Part shown: positions 34,210 through 36,305 of the stretch, piece after piece | Numbering within the stretch: position 1 is the first letter of the stretch | Layout of the letters: each line of letters opens with the position of its first letter | Assembly: GCA_040384905.1 (NCBI GenBank) | Contig: JAZKIJ010000029.1 | Location: 12,495-48,799 of the forward strand | Length of the DNA stretch: 36,305 nucleotides | Reading direction: 5' to 3' | Source: Patescibacteria group bacterium | Lineage (GTDB): Bacteria; Patescibacteriota; Minisyncoccia; Phycocordibacterales; UBA918 | Notes under the pieces: model-generated | The model's database searches: none | What the model saw: only the letters and a program-made list of their open reading frames with translations | Told to the model about the DNA's origin: nothing | Program-made: the position numbers and the translations under genes

Positions 34210-34692
34210 ATGATTCGTATCACCGATCAATACTTTTGGAATTTTGTCTTTGGCTTATTCTTTTTACTCCTGGTTGTAATGGGGGCTATCATTCTCGAAA
34301 CCGAAACCCGCATTCCGTTTGCAGACCTCACGCTTGTTGACTACACTTTGATTACACTCGCTACCTGGCGTGTTATTCGTTTATTTGTGTATGACGCGAT
34401 TACCAAATTCATCCGCGAGCAATTTTATGATGTCCAGAAAGTAGGGAAGAGCTTTCGGTTGGTAAAGCCTGCAACGGGACCACGTCGTACCGTAGCTGAC
34501 TTATTATCGTGTGCCTGGTGTTTTGGTGTCTGGTCGGCTGCTTTTGTTACATTCTTTTACTTACTATTTCCCATCTTCCAGTACTTTGCTATTTTCCTCG
34601 CCATTTCAGCAGTTGCTACGTTCCTACAAATCCTCACAAACATGATTGGCTGGCAAGCGGAGAAGTTAAAAAACGAAGTAGAGGGGAATTAA
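34210..34692 (+). CDS. DUF1360-like integral membrane protein
   Basis: 160-aa ORF with LATWRVIRLFVYDAIT and a CAWCFGVWSAAFV (CxWCxxxW) motif between TM helices. Confidence 0.55.
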   Translation: MIRITDQYFWNFVFGLFFLLLVVMGAIILETETRIPFADLTLVDYTLITLATWRVIRLFVYDAITKFIREQFYDVQKVGKSFRLVKPATGPRRTVADLLSCAWCFGVWSAAFVTFFYLLFPIFQYFAIFLAISAVATFLQILTNMIGWQAEKLKNEVEGN

Positions 34693-34708
34693 TGAATTTG
34701 TTATACTG

Positions 34709-34779
34709 CTCCGAAATACGGGGTATAGCATAGTGGTAGTGTGTGCGCATGGGGTGCGTACGGCGGCGGTCCGATTCCG
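34709..34779 (+). tRNA. tRNA-Pro (anticodon GGG), CCA not encoded
   Basis: Hand fold. The acceptor is CGGGGTA/TATCCCG (C1:G72, A73). The D arm is GCAT-AGTGGTA-GTGT. The anticodon arm is TGCGC-AT GGG GT-GCGTA. The variable loop is 4 nt. The T arm is GGCGG-TCCGATT-CCGCC. Confidence 0.8.
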
Positions 34780-34884
34780 CCTATCCCGACAGAAAGTTTT
34801 AAATAATAGGTAGAAGTCAACCAAACTATGATTTTTGAAATAGTGTGGTATAGTTCTGCGGGTTCAGATAGGAAAGGACGACTA

Positions 34885-35172
34885 ATGGAAATCAAAGCGC
34901 ACTTTGAGGCTATCTACGACAAGCAGGAATTCAATCCCGGCAATCTGCTTCAAAATGAAGTGGTGGTGCTGCGGAGCTGCCTGGTCCTGGATAATCGGGA
35001 CTCTTTGGATGAAGTGATGCAGAAGGAGGCGAACAAGATCTTTGCTGGCGACCCGATGGCCATTCGTGGCTATCGTCACCGAATCAGGATATTCGGTATG
35101 GAGCTAGACGGCGGCGGGTTCAATGCGAATCAGAATATGAATATCGCGGTGAAGATGAACCAGGCAGCGTAA
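34885..35172 (+). CDS. hypothetical protein (orphan, GC-richer than its neighbours)
   Basis: The internal ATG of ORF 34828..35172 (MEIKAHFEAIYDK...) is preceded by AGGAAAGGA. The upstream part of the ORF runs toward the tRNA. A terminator-like hairpin follows. Confidence 0.5.
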   Translation: MEIKAHFEAIYDKQEFNPGNLLQNEVVVLRSCLVLDNRDSLDEVMQKEANKIFAGDPMAIRGYRHRIRIFGMELDGGGFNANQNMNIAVKMNQAA

Positions 35173-35175
35173 ACC

Positions 35176-35208
35176 AAGGGGTGGCATCTCATATGATGCC
35201 GCCCCTTT
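35176..35208 (+). terminator. stem-loop, probable terminator (weak T-tract)
   Basis: AAGGGGTGGCATC-tcatat-GATGCCGCCCCTT. Confidence 0.55.
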
Positions 35209-35237
35209 ACCATTTGTATACTCTATAGTATTGTACT

Positions 35238-35414
35238 GGGCATCAGGCTCAAGACAGCTGGTGGTAGGGGGTCACTCTACCGTAATGTATACACAGCCGT
35301 GTATATGCCCGCCGAGGTCCAATTTCTTAGATTTTGGGGTCGAAGCCTAGGGTTATAAAAATTAATTTTGTAACCGTGGGCCTGTATTTATAAGATCGTA
35401 ATCACACAAATTTC
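35238..35414 (+). promoter_or_regulatory. candidate structured 5' leader of rplJ (L10-leader-like autoregulatory site?)
   Basis: GGGCAT (35238-43) pairs with ATGCCC (35305-10), enclosing the hairpins GGTAG..CTACC and TGTATACAC..GTGTATA. A further GGTTA.AAAA/TTTT.TAACC hairpin follows. The position upstream of rplJ is the only link to the known leader class. Confidence 0.3.
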
Positions 35415-35903
35415 GTGGCCATTACAAAAGCAAAGAAGGTAGATATCCTCAGTAAGTTGACTGAAGTAAAAGATACTGCAGACTCAATTGTGTTCGTTCA
35501 CTATAAAGGTCTTTCAGTAGCTGCTACTACAGCAATGCGCAAGGAACTACGAGAAAAAGGCGTTGGCATGTTCGTAGCCAAAAAGACTCTTATGGGTCGC
35601 GCATTTGATGGAGCATTCACCGGTACCATGCCAACACTCGACGGCGAAATCGCTGTTGCATATAGTGTTGACGCAATGGCGCCAGCTCAGAATATGAAGG
35701 AGTTTTCAACCAAGTTCAAAGACAAGATTACTATTGTTGGCGGTGTCTTCCAAGGTGCCTACAAGAATAAAGAAGAAATGATTGAAATTGCTTCGATCCC
35801 ATCACTTGATGTACTCCGAGGAATGTTTGCTCAACTCATCAACTCACCACGTCAGCGTTTTGCTGTGGTACTAGATGCAGTCTCAGGAACCAAGGGTGCC
35901 TAG
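35415..35903 (+). CDS. rplJ: 50S ribosomal protein L10
   Basis: 162-aa ORF with a GTG start. (M)AITKAKKVDILSKL...VFVHYKGLSVAATTAMRKELRE is typical L10, and rplL follows. Confidence 0.9.
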   Translation: MAITKAKKVDILSKLTEVKDTADSIVFVHYKGLSVAATTAMRKELREKGVGMFVAKKTLMGRAFDGAFTGTMPTLDGEIAVAYSVDAMAPAQNMKEFSTKFKDKITIVGGVFQGAYKNKEEMIEIASIPSLDVLRGMFAQLINSPRQRFAVVLDAVSGTKGA

Positions 35904-35930
35904 AGCATGTCCAAAAATCCCTCATACTGT

Positions 35931-35998
35931 GTTGCACTTCAATCGGTAACACTCAACGTACAATCAAGTACGTCTCGTATTACCTCAATTGTGCGCCT
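35931..35998 (+). repeat. bipartite hairpin element, copy C (long form)
   Basis: GTTGCACTTCAAT...CTCAA CGTAC aatcaa GTACG TCTCG...CTCAATTGTGCGCCT. It starts 27 nt after the rplJ stop, in the rplJ-rplL gap. Confidence 0.6.
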
Positions 35999-36055
35999 TG
36001 TCTGAGAAATTTTTGACCACACTCTTACTTAACTTACATACTAATAATTAAAAAC

Positions 36056-36305
36056 ATGACAAACGATCAAATTATCGAAGCCGTTGAAAAAATGACTGTT
36101 CTTGAACTCAACACTCTCGTAAAGACAATTGAAGAGAAGTGGGGAGTATCTGCAACAGCAGTAGCAGTAGCTGGTCCAGCTGCAGCAGCTGGTGGAGCTG
36201 ATGAACAATCAGAATTCACTGTTGAACTTACAGAAGCTGGTGCGCAAAAGATTGCTGTTATCAAGGTAATCAAGGAAGTACTTGGTCTTGGACTCAAGGA
36301 AGCCA
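36056..36305 (+). CDS. rplL: 50S ribosomal protein L7/L12, N-terminal part (3' end outside the window)
   Basis: Hand translation: [83 protein letters not shown]... Confidence 0.9.
   Translation, partial: MTNDQIIEAVEKMTVLELNTLVKTIEEKWGVSATAVAVAGPAAAAGGADEQSEFTVELTEAGAQKIAVIKVIKEVLGLGLKEA

Noticed and set aside
34701-34895. A 64-aa minus-strand ORF, together with the 5' part of ORF 34828..35172.
   Set aside because: The minus-strand ORF is antisense to and overlaps tRNA-Pro. For the plus ORF, the internal ATG at 34885 with an SD is preferred.

Overview
This is a compact, mostly housekeeping bacterial segment. By-eye spot counts give mid-40s %GC. Intergenic gaps are short and there are many hypothetical envelope proteins, a style reminiscent of reduced Patescibacteria/CPR-like genomes (inference only).

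Recognisable genes, left to right:
- dut (3' fragment), tmk, glyA and a polytopic membrane protein.
- A run of four aminoacyl-tRNA synthetase genes (argS, ileS, glyQS, metG), interleaved with recO and a large repeat-domain envelope protein.
- A Ser-hydrolase, a TrpR/YerC-like regulator, tatD and two small orphan genes.
- A VanY-type D,D-carboxypeptidase, rpsF-ssb-rpsR, a small membrane protein, efp, and an ECF sigma factor with a membrane partner.
- recA and ftsK, followed by a wHTH protein.
- A very acidic surface protein carrying a peptidoglycan-binding domain.
- An AT-rich block with an LCAT/PGAP1-like secreted lipase and a membrane protein.
- A DUF1360-like protein, tRNA-Pro(GGG), an orphan gene, and rplJ-rplL (rplL is cut by the window end).

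No CRISPR array, transposase, integrase or rRNA was seen.

Most notable observations:
1. The ileS ORF carries a complete, apparently catalytically intact histidine-phosphatase (PGAM-like) domain inserted in frame inside the synthetase core.
2. A family of six covarying bipartite hairpins (TCAC-5 bp stem-GCTCG core) all sit 20-60 nt downstream of stop codons, in the same gene-relative orientation.
3. A ~94-nt structured leader, about 90% identical between copies and carrying a compensatory base-pair change, abuts the start codons of both efp and ftsK.
4. Identical 24-bp perfect palindromes flank the TrpR-like gene.
5. An orphan promoter-to-terminator unit of ~90 nt lies upstream of the membrane protein gene.

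All family assignments come from motif recognition by eye. No database search was run.
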